22,788 nt of DNA from Thainema sp. (GTDB lineage Bacteria > Cyanobacteriota > Cyanobacteriia > Phormidesmidales > Phormidesmidaceae). The position numbers and the translations under genes are program-made. This document shows positions 8,201 to 16,006 of the stretch, in pieces. The stretch lies in NCBI GenBank assembly GCA_052168235.1, contig JBQLZK010000087.1:1-22788 (forward strand). The letters are read 5' to 3'. The number at the start of each line of letters is the position of its first letter. Position 1 is the first letter of the stretch. The notes beneath the pieces are model-generated. The model saw only the letters and a list, made by a program, of their open reading frames with translations. It did not search any database and was not told the origin of the DNA.

Positions 8201-9044
8201 TGACGAGCTGCGGCGGTTTGGCGTTCTGCGGCTGATTGCAAAATCTGCGGATTTGGAAGCCAGCACAGAAGCGCGCTTACCTATCCCCAGGCGGCAATTG
8301 GAGACAGCAGTATTGCTCAGCCAGTGCCCCGAATTCCTAGATATCGCGTTTGGGCGCGTAGCCGAGTGGGATAAAAAATCTAGTCACGTTACCGCGATCG
8401 CGGCTTTCATGCGAAGCCATGCACGCGAGTTTGCCACATTGACCAGCCATAATCAGCGGATTCACGGCTTGCAATTCACCGAAAAAACGCCGGATATCAA
8501 ATGCGTTAATAAGGCTTTAAAGCTGCTTGGATTAGAGCCTGCCTGCCTGCGCCGGGAAGGAGAGAAACGGATTTCTATCTACGGCTTCAAGTCAACCGAG
8601 CAAAAGCTTGAGGCGTTGCTTGAGGAGCTGGATAAGCGGCAAATGCAGGAAAAGCCAACCTGGGAGGTTAACCGCAAAATCACCCGCGCCGAAACCGAAG
8701 ACGAACTCTGCGAGCAATTTCGCAGCCATCTGATGGCTACCGTCGCCGACCTTCAGCCGCAGTGGAAGGGGTTCTCTGAGAGGGTTTTAGCCGAGTTAAA
8801 AATCGCGACTAAGAACCCTGACACAACTTCAGTTAAGAGTAAATCTTCTCTTACTGAAGTTGTGTCGCCCCAAACAGACTCGCTCATTGGGCGATGGGTG
8901 AAGGTCGGGACAAGCCTGTCAAAGTGGCTTGTTGAGGCAGTAGAGCGCGGGCAAGCAATCATCACCCAATCAAATATTTACGGCTTGCAGCGGCGCGTGG
9001 TGGATTTGAGCCAAATATCAGTATGGGAGGGCGCGATCGCATGA
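5244..9044 (+). CDS. repA: Plasmid replication protein: RepB'-type primase, degenerate zinc-ribbon and SF2 helicase (CyRepA1-like)
   Basis: AGGAGG RBS at 5231-5236 before ATG 5244. Primase motifs YAEIDD, HTGNKSDHHY and DPA..SPHQPMRMAGF. Helicase motifs DGQKGTRKT, FSPTRLL, ACPES, VIIDEANE and FTPTFNSGVSF. Confidence 0.85.
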   Translation: MSAIAPQLNQALTGLDAFEAFCQAVGITEGTEFLCAYGEENKLTLKARKLEKGLVAWQVYKKNNYQGRGFGKLYRYEDLRELAKIQNLFFIPNLTTKGRSNACVDTPARYLYAEIDDLAIAEQRQKWGDFYQRSGLKPLAQVHTGNKSDHHYIGVEPDSIEEWGYLQKWLCALMDADPAPTSPHQPMRMAGFPRIKNDTEREVSLLESNPATYYTSEEIRAAFEKAWPYSEPFSLERWEKYRSAVAIATNPNIDNSRMAPMSEPADAFRLSDGELFPKGKTKAKNRQKGESTATYTSGQKSDGGFLDELINPLLDLPLESQYSLGNYDHQFQAKAPGLVGCSPWSPTNESGESFKVFTSNGGWFCHASQQGGGLLQYLQLQWIGKLWGEMEPDERKTFVRKLEKNSYWTAFANQSGIELDYSQSESHWRSQIESALAAQQMLSGPVEVGTFPELEIGPNPQLFVLDGQKGTRKTSKSIKSLIADCKKKGLRAVVFSPTRLLNKSEKRTLGLPTIDEVKLSQRDKVPFVIACPESAHKLSLLDFDLVIIDEANEVVERILEGNLGNQPANSRRQFKRLLNAAKTVAIANDMLYKSTLNYVQRVGRFSADEVTVIRRRRPQTKMKINLYVDNGASAERWDGTDSDQPKQNTAFLDWTHNLMRSFSDKYESVSIPCGSQKRARELDRLLSPHAGPWSNVRCIDGQYTPKPVKEALAADPDGWLKRERIGAMIFTPTFNSGVSFESDHFRRQFECQTAFETASAASQRGERVRDAIWGKRIRERHIYTSRRGLAKYPDTGIFFPEYWAKFLKADLAERSHKIEEETASTLGAAEIFKGVRDIKLDDFSDIQELPEFLAIRAREIHFKIEALSREWTSNGWEICSGCFATEDERDEIRKRYQRVQQGIIEQKSRIGAKAKPAAVWQGVEPEGPIHAAKIHKAQLFDKLGGFKRLWEAKWLEAWDVASGNKSLDQIQLRALLQTAQTAPDEFDELRRFGVLRLIAKSADLEASTEARLPIPRRQLETAVLLSQCPEFLDIAFGRVAEWDKKSSHVTAIAAFMRSHAREFATLTSHNQRIHGLQFTEKTPDIKCVNKALKLLGLEPACLRREGEKRISIYGFKSTEQKLEALLEELDKRQMQEKPTWEVNRKITRAETEDELCEQFRSHLMATVADLQPQWKGFSERVLAELKIATKNPDTTSVKSKSSLTEVVSPQTDSLIGRWVKVGTSLSKWLVEAVERGQAIITQSNIYGLQRRVVDLSQISVWEGAIA
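8820..8866. repeat. 19-bp inverted repeat inside the rep 3' end
   Basis: gacacaacttcagt(t)aagag-taaatctt-ctcttactgaagttgtgtc, with one bulge and an 8-nt loop. Confidence 0.85.
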
Positions 9045-9229
9045 ACCAACCAGCCCCCACCCGCGACGAACTCAAGCTTGAGTGCTACCAGTTGATCGAC
9101 GCGATCGCGGCTCATCGCTACGGCATCAAGCTTTTGATAGCGGCAAAGCAGGGGCTAATGCTCTACGTCGATTACAAGGGCAATCGCAAAATGGTACACA
9201 ATAGACTCAATGTGAGAAAGGAGGGATAA
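9041..9229 (+). CDS. 62-aa hypothetical protein coupled to rep
   Basis: ATGA overlap with the rep stop and a GGAGG RBS. Reads MNQPAPTRDELKLECYQLIDAIA. Confidence 0.7.
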   Translation: MNQPAPTRDELKLECYQLIDAIAAHRYGIKLLIAAKQGLMLYVDYKGNRKMVHNRLNVRKEG

Positions 9230-9232
9230 CCT

Positions 9233-9457
9233 TTGGAAGAGAAGCGCGAAAGAGATCCGCAAGCCACCGATCAAGATCGACCATACCAACCGACTCAATT
9301 GCCTACGCCGGAAGAGGTTGCGGCCTATCTGCGGTGGCTTGGCTATCCAGAAGAGCGGTATCGCCGGCTGGATGCAGCAAATCGCCAAAATTCCGACGTT
9401 TTGGCGCTGCTGTGGGCAAAAAATGTTCGACCTAGACTCAAAAAAGGAGCCTTTTAA
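9233..9457 (+). CDS. Small hypothetical protein (repeat family member)
   Basis: TTG start after AGGAGG; abuts both neighbours. Confidence 0.65.
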   Translation: MEEKRERDPQATDQDRPYQPTQLPTPEEVAAYLRWLGYPEERYRRLDAANRQNSDVLALLWAKNVRPRLKKGAF

Positions 9458-9682
9458 ATGTCAAACAAGCATTGGGATGAAGTCGCGATCGCGCGCGCCC
9501 AACGCCAGCGCGAATTACCCGATCGCACCAACGGATTGCCCGACCAGTGCGAGCAGTTTTTCGGGTGGCTGAAGAGCGAAAAACGCATTGATAACGGGCA
9601 ATACAGCGTCCTCACCCCGTGGCAACGCGTGGGATTATTGCGCGAGTTTGGCGCGAGTTTACCGAAGGAGGAAAACCAATGA
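9458..9682 (+). CDS. Small hypothetical protein (repeat family member)
   Basis: AAGGAG RBS. Contains FFGWLKSEKRIDNGQYSVLTPWQRVGLLREF. Confidence 0.75.
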   Translation: MSNKHWDEVAIARAQRQRELPDRTNGLPDQCEQFFGWLKSEKRIDNGQYSVLTPWQRVGLLREFGASLPKEENQ

Positions 9683-10080
9683 CAAACATTCCAGCGGGCA
9701 CCCTCGAAAGATTCCTAGAAACTCATGGTGAATCGCTCGATTCATACAACGAAATGCCCCCCAAAGAGCGCCAGAAGTGGCTTGCAGCTTGTGGGGAATG
9801 GTGGGAGCTGTTGAAGCTCCACGAAACAGAGCCACTGCCGTTTTACTTGGCTCCGCAAAGTCGCTGGCCCTTGCCAGCCCCCAATGGCGATTTCTTTCAT
9901 TGGCTCAAAGATCGAAAGCAGTACAGCAAAGCGGAATATCAGCGAAGCGATTTGCTGCACAAGCTGGGCCTGCTGCGCTGCTACGCCTTCGAGCTGAGCC
10001 GCAAGCCGATTGAGCCGGAAAAACCAAAAACTAAATACGTCGGCTACAAGTTGAAGCGAACAGTACTGCGGAATTTTTAA
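9679..10080 (+). CDS. Hypothetical protein with two copies of the small repeat module
   Basis: Start ATG 9679 (AAGGAGG RBS, ATGA overlap). Contains FFHWLKDRKQYSKAEYQRSDLLHKLGLLRCY. Confidence 0.75.
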   Translation: MTNIPAGTLERFLETHGESLDSYNEMPPKERQKWLAACGEWWELLKLHETEPLPFYLAPQSRWPLPAPNGDFFHWLKDRKQYSKAEYQRSDLLHKLGLLRCYAFELSRKPIEPEKPKTKYVGYKLKRTVLRNF

Positions 10081-10083
10081 ACT

Positions 10084-10551
10084 ATGTCTACCGTCGATGA
10101 AAAATATTTCAATCCCGCCACTGGCAAAGCCAACTGGCCCGCAATCAGCAAATTGAGCCAGAGTAACAAAGAGCTGGCTTTGGAAATTACAAAAGCCGTG
10201 CAGGAGCGCCAGCGCCCCTACTTGCGAGAGCAACGCGAAAAGGAAGAAAAAACAACCGCAGCAACCGCCAGCAAATTCACAGGAAAAAATCCTTGGGTCG
10301 ATTTGCCGGGGTGGAAAAACCTCACAGCCCAAGGGCGGCTGGTGATGACGGGCGATCCTGAAGAAGTCGCCAAAATGCGCCGCGATGCCGAGGCTATCAA
10401 TGACTACATCAAAACCTATGAAAGCTACGCAGAGCAACGTATCGAGGGATTGAAGCAAGAAATCGCAGAACTCGAAGATGTGCGATCGCGCCTCAAATCT
10501 GGCCACGTGCTGATCGATGTGGGCGCAAATGGCAACGTTGTGATTTCTTAA
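10084..10551 (+). CDS. Hypothetical coiled-coil protein
   Basis: 155-aa ORF starting 3 bp after the upstream stop. Confidence 0.75.
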   Translation: MSTVDEKYFNPATGKANWPAISKLSQSNKELALEITKAVQERQRPYLREQREKEEKTTAATASKFTGKNPWVDLPGWKNLTAQGRLVMTGDPEEVAKMRRDAEAINDYIKTYESYAEQRIEGLKQEIAELEDVRSRLKSGHVLIDVGANGNVVIS

Positions 10552-10600
10552 ATTCCCCTATCAATCAGGGTGCATCTACTGCTTTTCAGGGAATTGACTT

Positions 10601-11269
10601 ATGGAAATCTTCTACAAAGAATGGAGCGGGCCTGAATCGAACACCCTCGAAAAAGCCTGGGATACTACCCAGCCCGTACCGGGGCGCTGGTATCTCGTTC
10701 GCACTGTGCTCTGGTCGAGTAACCTTGAGAACATGCCAGTGTATTTCGAACCGCATGATGATGGTAACAGCGAAGGTTTGCACATTCATTTTGACGTGCG
10801 GTTCATGAGTCTTTTGCAATGCCAAGACGCGGCTGGGCTAAAGCCTGAATACCGCTATGAACTCGATTTCGATCCGGTCAGGCAACAGAATCTAATTCAA
10901 GCAAATATTCGGTATTGGGCGTGGGGAATTCGCTCGTTACTCCTCAATCCTGATGATTCTTTGTTAATCGAGTGGCGGCCTGTGCAATGCCGATTATCGA
11001 GGTTTCCTGAAAGGTGGCGTTACCGCTGGTTCGGCGACGTGGACTATGGGTTAGAGGAAGATGCAAAAATTCAAAACGGGATTTGCCCCCATAGAGGCTT
11101 TGATCTATCTAGCGTCAAACCAGATTCTAGGGGAGTGATTGAATGCCCAATGCATGGCGCTACGTTCTGCCCCCTCACTGGAAAATACAAAAAGGTGCCG
11201 CAATCAAAACTGCGTCGATACTTTGATGTCGAGACTGGAGATCCGTATGGGTATCAGCCTCGGGGGTAG
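10601..11269 (+). CDS. Rieske [2Fe-2S] motif protein 1 with an unrecognised N-terminal His/Asp domain
   Basis: CPHRGFDLSSVKPDSRGVIECPMHGATF matches CxH-x17-CxxH. Confidence 0.8.
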   Translation: MEIFYKEWSGPESNTLEKAWDTTQPVPGRWYLVRTVLWSSNLENMPVYFEPHDDGNSEGLHIHFDVRFMSLLQCQDAAGLKPEYRYELDFDPVRQQNLIQANIRYWAWGIRSLLLNPDDSLLIEWRPVQCRLSRFPERWRYRWFGDVDYGLEEDAKIQNGICPHRGFDLSSVKPDSRGVIECPMHGATFCPLTGKYKKVPQSKLRRYFDVETGDPYGYQPRG

Positions 11270-11276
11270 TAAATTA

Positions 11277-11837
11277 ATGGAATCAACAATCCTGGAATAC
11301 GACGGGCTACAACACAACCTCAAGAAAATTGATGAGGTAAAGCGCCCTGTGTCTGGGTCTCTTTATCTAGTGCCCTGCCTGCTGGATAACTGGCAGTTTT
11401 GGCCTGTTATCCCCCATATTCATACCGATGACTTCAATGATCTGACGCGAGAAATCGGCTCCCACATACACTACGACACCCGTTTTTTAAGCTGGGAACA
11501 GGTTTGCAGCTTGCTGGACGATCGGCAAGATATGAGCAACGAGGAAGCTCACCAGTGGTATTGGTCGCAGGCGATGGCGCTTGTCCATGCCGCATCAAAA
11601 CAAATCAGGCTACAGTATCGCCCCGTCCGCTGCGTCTGGTCTGATTTCCCCGAGCGTCGCGCGGCTTATACAGCAGAAGAATTGAAGCGGTTGTACGCCA
11701 ATGCGAGAATGTGCGATCGCAAGTGCCCACATCACCAATTTGATTTGAGCAACATCAGGCCCAACCGTAAAGGGCTGATTGAATGCCCGCTGCATGGTTT
11801 GACGTTCGATCAGCAGACGGGTAAGGTTGTGCCGTAG
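11277..11837 (+). CDS. Rieske [2Fe-2S] motif protein 2, tandem paralog
   Basis: Start ATG 11277, 7 bp after the upstream stop. Contains CPHHQFDLSNIRPNRKGLIECPLHGLTF. Confidence 0.8.
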   Translation: MESTILEYDGLQHNLKKIDEVKRPVSGSLYLVPCLLDNWQFWPVIPHIHTDDFNDLTREIGSHIHYDTRFLSWEQVCSLLDDRQDMSNEEAHQWYWSQAMALVHAASKQIRLQYRPVRCVWSDFPERRAAYTAEELKRLYANARMCDRKCPHHQFDLSNIRPNRKGLIECPLHGLTFDQQTGKVVP

Positions 11838-11840
11838 TAG

Positions 11841-12902
11841 CTACTTCTCAAAACGTGGCTGACCCACTGAGATAGATACCAGTTTTCGCCCAGCGCTAGA
11901 GTAAAAGATCAGTATTGGCGTTTGACAGTTGCACTGCTGTTGCCAAACGTTCCTCAAGCTAACTGCAATATCGGCTTGAGTTCCTTCAGGGAGTGTGTAC
12001 CAATCTTGTTGTACGACAATATCAAGAGCATCTTTTGAGTAAGAGCTTAGGTTGATGCTGGCAATTAGCGCACCGTTAGGATCTGCGCTGGCTACAGCTT
12101 CCTTGAATATGATTAGTCGCTGCGCCTCAGCCTGAGCTTCCTGCTGCAACCGTTGCGCCTCCAGTGTTGCCACCCTACCAGCCGCATACTGGCGATTTTT
12201 CTCATACTCAGTTGCCTTTTGCTGAGAGAGCGCTTTGTTGGGGCTACCTTCTGGCACAGCGTTCATTTGGCCTATGGCTGCTTCCCATAGATTAGATGTG
12301 CGTTTCCACTCACTTTCTAACTGTGCATTTTGAGCTGAATTTGCAGCGCTTGTCGCGTATTCAATCCCTTTAGCAAATGGGTCAACAGGAGGTGCTGGTT
12401 CTTCTGGCTGTTCCTCTGTTGCTCCAGCAAACCTCTCCTCAATGCGCGACCAGGTGCCGTTATAAACCAAGAACCCCCTGCCGAGCAAAACAGCAAGAAT
12501 GGCTAACAGTCCCCAGACAAAAATCTTTCCGCAACCGCTCCCCGATTGAGGTTCGGTCTTAACTTCAGATGCAGCTTTTTGCGAGCTATTGGCAGCGCTT
12601 GTTTTTGCCACTGGCTGCGGCCCGCCTAAAGCCCACTGCTCAATCCAGCTATCCTCACCACCACTAGCTTGAGCCTTCAGAAACACCTTTTCAACGCCAG
12701 CGGGCCTAATGCCGTCAATACCTTTTCTCATAGCTCCAGCCAGCTTACGATCGGGCAAGCGATCGCTCTCCATCAATACCTTCAGCACCGCACCCGACCG
12801 AACCACTTGAACTCGAATCCCTTTGGGCTGAAAGCTCTGATTCATCAACTGGGCAAGGGCTTTTGTATCACCAGCACGGGCTGCGGCTTTGATGTCGTTC
12901 AT
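11841..12902 (-). CDS. Single-TM cyanobacterial hypothetical protein with a TPR-like helical domain
   Basis: N-domain ALAQLMNQSFQPKGIRVQV, TM segment IFVWGLLAILAVLLG, and helical motif W...SNLWEAAI..MNAVPEGSPNKALSQQKATEY. Confidence 0.75.
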   Translation of the reverse strand: MNDIKAAARAGDTKALAQLMNQSFQPKGIRVQVVRSGAVLKVLMESDRLPDRKLAGAMRKGIDGIRPAGVEKVFLKAQASGGEDSWIEQWALGGPQPVAKTSAANSSQKAASEVKTEPQSGSGCGKIFVWGLLAILAVLLGRGFLVYNGTWSRIEERFAGATEEQPEEPAPPVDPFAKGIEYATSAANSAQNAQLESEWKRTSNLWEAAIGQMNAVPEGSPNKALSQQKATEYEKNRQYAAGRVATLEAQRLQQEAQAEAQRLIIFKEAVASADPNGALIASINLSSYSKDALDIVVQQDWYTLPEGTQADIAVSLRNVWQQQCNCQTPILIFYSSAGRKLVSISVGQPRFEK

Positions 12903-12965
12903 GGTGTGGGATGGGGCGAGGGGACATTTTACTCTTCACACCCAATATGCCCACTCCGGCCATAT

Positions 12966-13574
12966 CTATTTGAAGTTTTTGTCTGCTTTCTTCTGATACC
13001 GCTCAATCCTCTTCTCCCAATCGCCTGCCCATCCTTGCTTGAGTGCCTGAGAGCAAAGTGCGATCGCAGCTTGCAGATCACCTTCCTTTTCCCTGATGAT
13101 GGCTAACTGCTCATAACCGCGATGTGCTGGCAGAGGGCCAGAATAACTGCGCTTCATCGCAGCCGCTACTTTAGGAGCTATCTCAATCATCCGCCCTGCG
13201 GACTCAATAGCCTTCTGGTAGGAATCAGGGTTTGCTCTGTCTTTGTAGTGGATAGCCATTAGACTCCCATACATGAAATGGAGGTCTTCAGCTTTGACTT
13301 TGCTAGAGTCGGCGATTGATTCGGCTTTCGCCAGAATTCGCTTGGCAATATCGAGATCTTCTTTTTTCTTGAACCAAGACGCTAGCCCTGTCAGGAATTG
13401 GATTGAAGATGCCGAAGATTTGCCTATTGTCCCGCTTGTCAGGGTGGGAGAGCTATTTCCCACAGTAAAGGGTGAATAACAGTCTTCTATGTACCTTCGT
13501 TCTGCGTTTGAAAACTCAGAAAACCACCAATCGTCTAGCTTGTAATAACCAATTTCACCTGTATTCCGCATCAT
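12966..13574 (-). CDS. TPR-like hypothetical protein
   Basis: C-terminal HRGYEQLAIIREKEGDLQAAIALCSQALKQGW has a TPR-like pattern. Confidence 0.7.
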   Translation of the reverse strand: MMRNTGEIGYYKLDDWWFSEFSNAERRYIEDCYSPFTVGNSSPTLTSGTIGKSSASSIQFLTGLASWFKKKEDLDIAKRILAKAESIADSSKVKAEDLHFMYGSLMAIHYKDRANPDSYQKAIESAGRMIEIAPKVAAAMKRSYSGPLPAHRGYEQLAIIREKEGDLQAAIALCSQALKQGWAGDWEKRIERYQKKADKNFK

Positions 13575-13712
13575 CTCTGGACTGTGTGACTAGCAATATT
13601 CCAGCTCAATCAGGCGGATAGGGGCGAGTGTCAGCGGATTTTTACGAAAAAAGTGTTTGCTGAGGATGAAAGCGCCAGGTCAGGGTGGCTCATTCATCAT
13701 CGGATTAACAAT

Positions 13713-14213
13713 TCACCCCGTTCCGATTGTTTCTTCAATATCGCTCATCGTAAGCATTAGTGTTAGTGGGGCTAAAGGGGATGGCACAAAGCCAAACTGC
13801 GTATAGAAGTCCACAAGATCTTCTGAAATTGCATGAACCAGCAATGCTCTTATTCCTGCGATCCTGCTAGCTTCAAATGTTTTCAGGATGGCGTTACGTA
13901 CCATTCCTCGCCCGATTCCTTTTCCGCTCCAGTCTTTATCAACTGCTAATCGCCCTAATACCATTACGGGAATAGGATCAGGCGAATTGCGCTGCTGTTG
14001 TTTTGGCAGCAGCGCCCTTTGTATAGAACCAGCTGCCAATGCGTAATATCCAATAACTGTGTTATCTACGCAGACAACATAAGTTCGAGAGTTGTACTTA
14101 TTTTCATTTGCTAAAGCCCTCTCTTTCAACCATCGATCTAGTGATTCAACTCCAGAGTTGAAAGCCTCTGTGTTGTGTTGGTTTTCTAGTTTTTGTGGTG
14201 CCTGAATCTTCAA
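13713..14213 (-). CDS. GNAT acetyltransferase toxin (TacT/AtaT family)
   Basis: FNSGVESLDRWLK, PIPVMVLGRLAVDKDWSGKGIG (acetyl-CoA-binding motif) and ALLVHAI...FYTQFGF. Confidence 0.92.
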   Translation of the reverse strand: MKIQAPQKLENQHNTEAFNSGVESLDRWLKERALANENKYNSRTYVVCVDNTVIGYYALAAGSIQRALLPKQQQRNSPDPIPVMVLGRLAVDKDWSGKGIGRGMVRNAILKTFEASRIAGIRALLVHAISEDLVDFYTQFGFVPSPLAPLTLMLTMSDIEETIGTG

Positions 14214-14239
14214 AGAGCTTACCTACCGCTATTTGCCAC

Positions 14240-14536
14240 TTATTCCCAAGGGGATGGTGTATCTAGCAATGCTTTTAATTGTGGTAAAGCCCTAGGAGGT
14301 GCATCAAGTACACTGACAAATTCATCCCACTGAGATTCATCAACAAAAAAGTTGCTCTTATCCAGCAAGATATCCTCAGCTCTAGAACAAGCCGCTTCCA
14401 GCACAAAATCTGAAAACGTTTTGTTCTCCAAAGCTGCGGCTCTGTTGATTAATGCTGTCTGTCTTTTTTGAGCCCGAATATTGATTCGATCGTCTTTCGT
14501 GCTGTTAGCACTTCTCTTGTTCGCTGTATGTACCAT
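14240..14536 (-). CDS. DUF1778 RHH antitoxin (TacA/AtaR family)
   Basis: KDDRINIRA...INRAAALENKTFSDFVLEAA...WDEFVSVLDAPP...L...PSPWE; directly upstream of the GNAT gene. Confidence 0.92.
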   Translation of the reverse strand: MVHTANKRSANSTKDDRINIRAQKRQTALINRAAALENKTFSDFVLEAACSRAEDILLDKSNFFVDESQWDEFVSVLDAPPRALPQLKALLDTPSPWE

Positions 14537-14640
14537 GAGCTTTTGCTCCTGCCAATCATATTTGAATCAGCTTTTACGTATATGCTTATGCTAGTTTTTT
14601 GTACTCACAATGTCAACACACAAAAGTTTGAGCGACTTGA

Positions 14641-14696
14641 TATTGTAATCATTGCAGTAATGCAGTATTTAATGCAGTAGTTCAGTAATTACTGCA
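14641..14696. repeat. Centromere-like AATGCAGT repeats upstream of parA
   Basis: attgcagt, aatgcagt, aatgcagt, agttcagt and an inverted actgcaa. Confidence 0.75.
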
Positions 14697-14700
14697 AACT

Positions 14701-15348
14701 ATGACCACTATCGGCATCGTCAATCAGAAAGGCGGTTGCAGCAAATCGACTACAGCAGTTCATTTTGCCGTGTGGCTTCACTCGCAGGGGCATTCTGTTG
14801 CAGTTATTGATGCTGACGCCCAGCGCTCTAGCTCCATCTGGATTGAAGCCTTGGAAGGGATAGACATCCCGATCCACGTCATTCAATCCGCTGACGAACT
14901 GCTGGACGAAATACCCAACATTGCAGCCGAGCATGACTATTGCATCGTCGATGGGCCTGCTGGATTGTCGGAAGCAACCAGGGCAATTCTGTTTCGTGCA
15001 GATTTAGCCGTCATTCCCTGCCAACCCAGCGGCGTTGACCTTCGCAGCGCAGCCGATGCGGTCAAGTTGGTGAAGCAGGCCCAATCAGTTCGCAATGGGC
15101 CTCCAGATGCACTGGTCTTTCTCAGCAGGGCAGTGAAGGGGACAAAGCTCAAAGATGAAGCGATCGCACTGCTCAGTAAATCGGGCGTTCCAATCATGCA
15201 GGCCGTCATCCATCAGCGGCAAATTGTGGCAGATACCTTTGGCCAGCGAGCAACGGTATTCGATCTTGCAGGCCGTCCTGCAAGAGATTCCGAGCGGGAA
15301 TTCATCGCACTGTTCAACGAGATTATGGAGGCGCTATCGGATGAGTAA
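14701..15348 (+). CDS. parA: Type Ib ParA partition ATPase
   Basis: Deviant Walker A NQKGGCSKST, IDADAQ and Walker B IVDGP; no N-terminal HTH. Confidence 0.95.
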   Translation: MTTIGIVNQKGGCSKSTTAVHFAVWLHSQGHSVAVIDADAQRSSSIWIEALEGIDIPIHVIQSADELLDEIPNIAAEHDYCIVDGPAGLSEATRAILFRADLAVIPCQPSGVDLRSAADAVKLVKQAQSVRNGPPDALVFLSRAVKGTKLKDEAIALLSKSGVPIMQAVIHQRQIVADTFGQRATVFDLAGRPARDSEREFIALFNEIMEALSDE

Positions 15349-15658
15349 GCGTAGATCGATGGCAGATGATGATGCAGCGGCGTTTGTGTTTGGACAGGAC
15401 AGAGATCGCGTTACAGAACCATCACCACAACCTAAGCCAGAATCAAAGCCTCAACCCTCCAAACCAACCGCTAAGAAAAGTAGAGCAATCGATAAACTTA
15501 TGAAAACAGCAGAACAGGAAAGACAGGTACGCATCACAGTTGATTTGGCTGCGTCGCAGCATCAGGAGCTGACGCTAGCATCGGCAAAGCTTGGCAAGAG
15601 TAAAGCCGAAATCATCAGAGCATTAGTTGATGACTTCCTTTCTGAATTAAATGATTGA
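15341..15658 (+). CDS. ParG/CopG-like RHH centromere-binding protein
   Basis: ATG 15341 overlaps the parA end. Disordered N-terminus and C-terminal VRITVDL...HQELTLASAKLGKSKAEIIRALV. Confidence 0.85.
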   Translation: MSKRRSMADDDAAAFVFGQDRDRVTEPSPQPKPESKPQPSKPTAKKSRAIDKLMKTAEQERQVRITVDLAASQHQELTLASAKLGKSKAEIIRALVDDFLSELND

Positions 15659-15691
15659 TGCAGTAATGCAGTAATGACTTACTGCATTACT
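15657..15691. repeat. Centromere-like AATGCAGT repeats downstream of the partition operon
   Basis: gatgcagt, aatgcagt, aatg and an inverted ttactgcattac. Confidence 0.75.
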
Positions 15692-16006
15692 TAAATATTT
15701 GATTGAGTATTGAGCATCTTGTCAAACTCAAACTGGCACAATCACCATAAATCCCGGCTGAGATCGCAACTCCGATTTAGTCCAGTATCCAAGAATTGGA
15801 CTAAGGCAAAAACTCAAAGCCTTATACAGTAAAGATTTCGAGGGTTTGAATATTTGCTCAATACGCAATTAATCAGGCTGAACTAACGCAATATCAATGC
15901 TTTCAGCCGTTTTGGGCTGACTGTGCCAGTAATTTTGTGCAAGTACCCGAATCTCAAAATAAAACGATTAGAATTGATTTGAGACAAACGAACTGGACAG
16001 AAGCTC

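Noticed and set aside
9742..10506. 254-aa minus-strand ORF
   Set aside because: It is an antisense shadow of well-supported coupled plus-strand genes and has no motif.
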